Translations under genes and position numbers: made by a program
Notes under the pieces: model-generated
What the model was told of the DNA's origin: nothing
The model's database searches: none
Seen by the model: only the letters and a program-made list of their open reading frames with translations
Shown here: positions 63,266-64,000 of the stretch, in pieces
Position numbering within the stretch: the first letter of the stretch is position 1
How the letters are laid out: every line of letters starts with the position of its first letter
NCBI RefSeq assembly: GCF_006345805.1
Contig: NC_043012.1
Coordinates: 5,394,001-5,458,000, forward strand
Origin: Octopus sinensis
Taxonomy: Eukaryota
Reading direction: 5' to 3'
Length of the DNA: 64,000 bases

Positions 63266-63693
63266 TACTAGCTAACACATAAAGAGATATGAGAAGCCAG
63301 CCTAGTGTGAGTCTTTCCTGCAAGTATGCAGCTTCTCTCTTACTCACCAAAACTTCTCCCCATCATATCCACATCCTCACACTGTAATCCAAAGTTCTAC
63401 AGTCCAACTTGCCAGAGTATCTCAAAGCATGAGTGGGTTCTGGAGATACACTCTGCACACCTGCCATGGAGGATATACCCTGGCAATTATCAGTTGTGTC
63501 CCTGTTACCCTGTGTGTGAATCCAAGGAGACAAAAGTCTTTGGAGAAAAACAAGCTATGGCTCTATTCATCTCTCATGCAGTTATGGTCAAATTAAATTT
63601 TTCGGCAGCATCCTTTAATATGATATAGTGTATAAAATTCTCTACATTTAAAACCACTTGACATATTTCTTTCTCTAATTTCATGTTTTCTAG

Positions 63694-63734
63694 TTTGTAA
63701 GTCTCCACAGCACCGAAATATCCATGGTTTAACA
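63694..63734 (+). CDS. MAP2K5: MAP2K5 exon 5 (41 nt): (V)CKSPQHRNIHGLT; gene continues beyond the window
   Basis: TTTTCTAG acceptor and GTAAGT donor; resembles ACKPPGERNIHGLK; five exons total 327 nt = 109 codons with no stop. Confidence 0.93.
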
Positions 63735-63904
63735 GTAAGTACTTTTGAAATATGCTATACTAAGGTGACTGTGTGTGAGAAAGAGAGGGCGGGGTGGGAG
63801 AGAATGCATGTTACAATCAGACAGGAGAACAGAATGGGTGTGTATGAAACCATGACAAAGTTGATATTTAAGCTCCATGCAGCCCTGCACAGCTTGTGTG
63901 TGTG

Positions 63905-64000
63905 TATCATCATCATTTAACTTCCATTCTCCATGCTGGCATGGGTTGGACAGTTTGACCAGGGCTGGCATGCTAGAAGGCTGCACCAGACTCCATTCTG
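63905..64000 (+). mobile_element. Family A repeat, cut by the window end
   Basis: CATCATCATTTAACTTCC...CCATGCTGGCATGGGTTGGAC. Confidence 0.85.

Overview
This is AT-rich, repeat-dense animal genomic DNA. The SINE/PLE families and heavy (TA)n/(CA)n load suggest a coleoid cephalopod such as Octopus (inference). The only host gene I can support is the 5' part of MAP2K5/MEK5 on the + strand: five coding exons (49771-63734) encoding the PB1 domain and linker, continuing beyond the window. The first ~48 kb is mobile DNA, and its highlights are: (1) A full-length Tx1/L1-clade LINE (11595-16742) with an intact 1131-aa APE-RT ORF2 and a 10-bp TSD, nested in a non-autonomous Helitron-like element. (2) An ORF1-only (HAL1-like) relative with an 18-bp TSD, sitting in an LTR-like sequence and interrupted by a DD41D Tc1/mariner. 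(3) A tRNA-headed SINE family sharing the same 3' tail as both of these. (4) A degenerate Penelope element and two near-identical, outward-facing type I hammerhead ribozyme motifs bounding a 6.9-kb inverted block. (5) A DD34D mariner, Gypsy/RTE/CR1 fragments, foldback MITEs and a SINE-derived 26-bp minisatellite. Most short ORFs in the supplied track are microsatellite artefacts. SINE family labels A-D are my own working names. No database searches were run.
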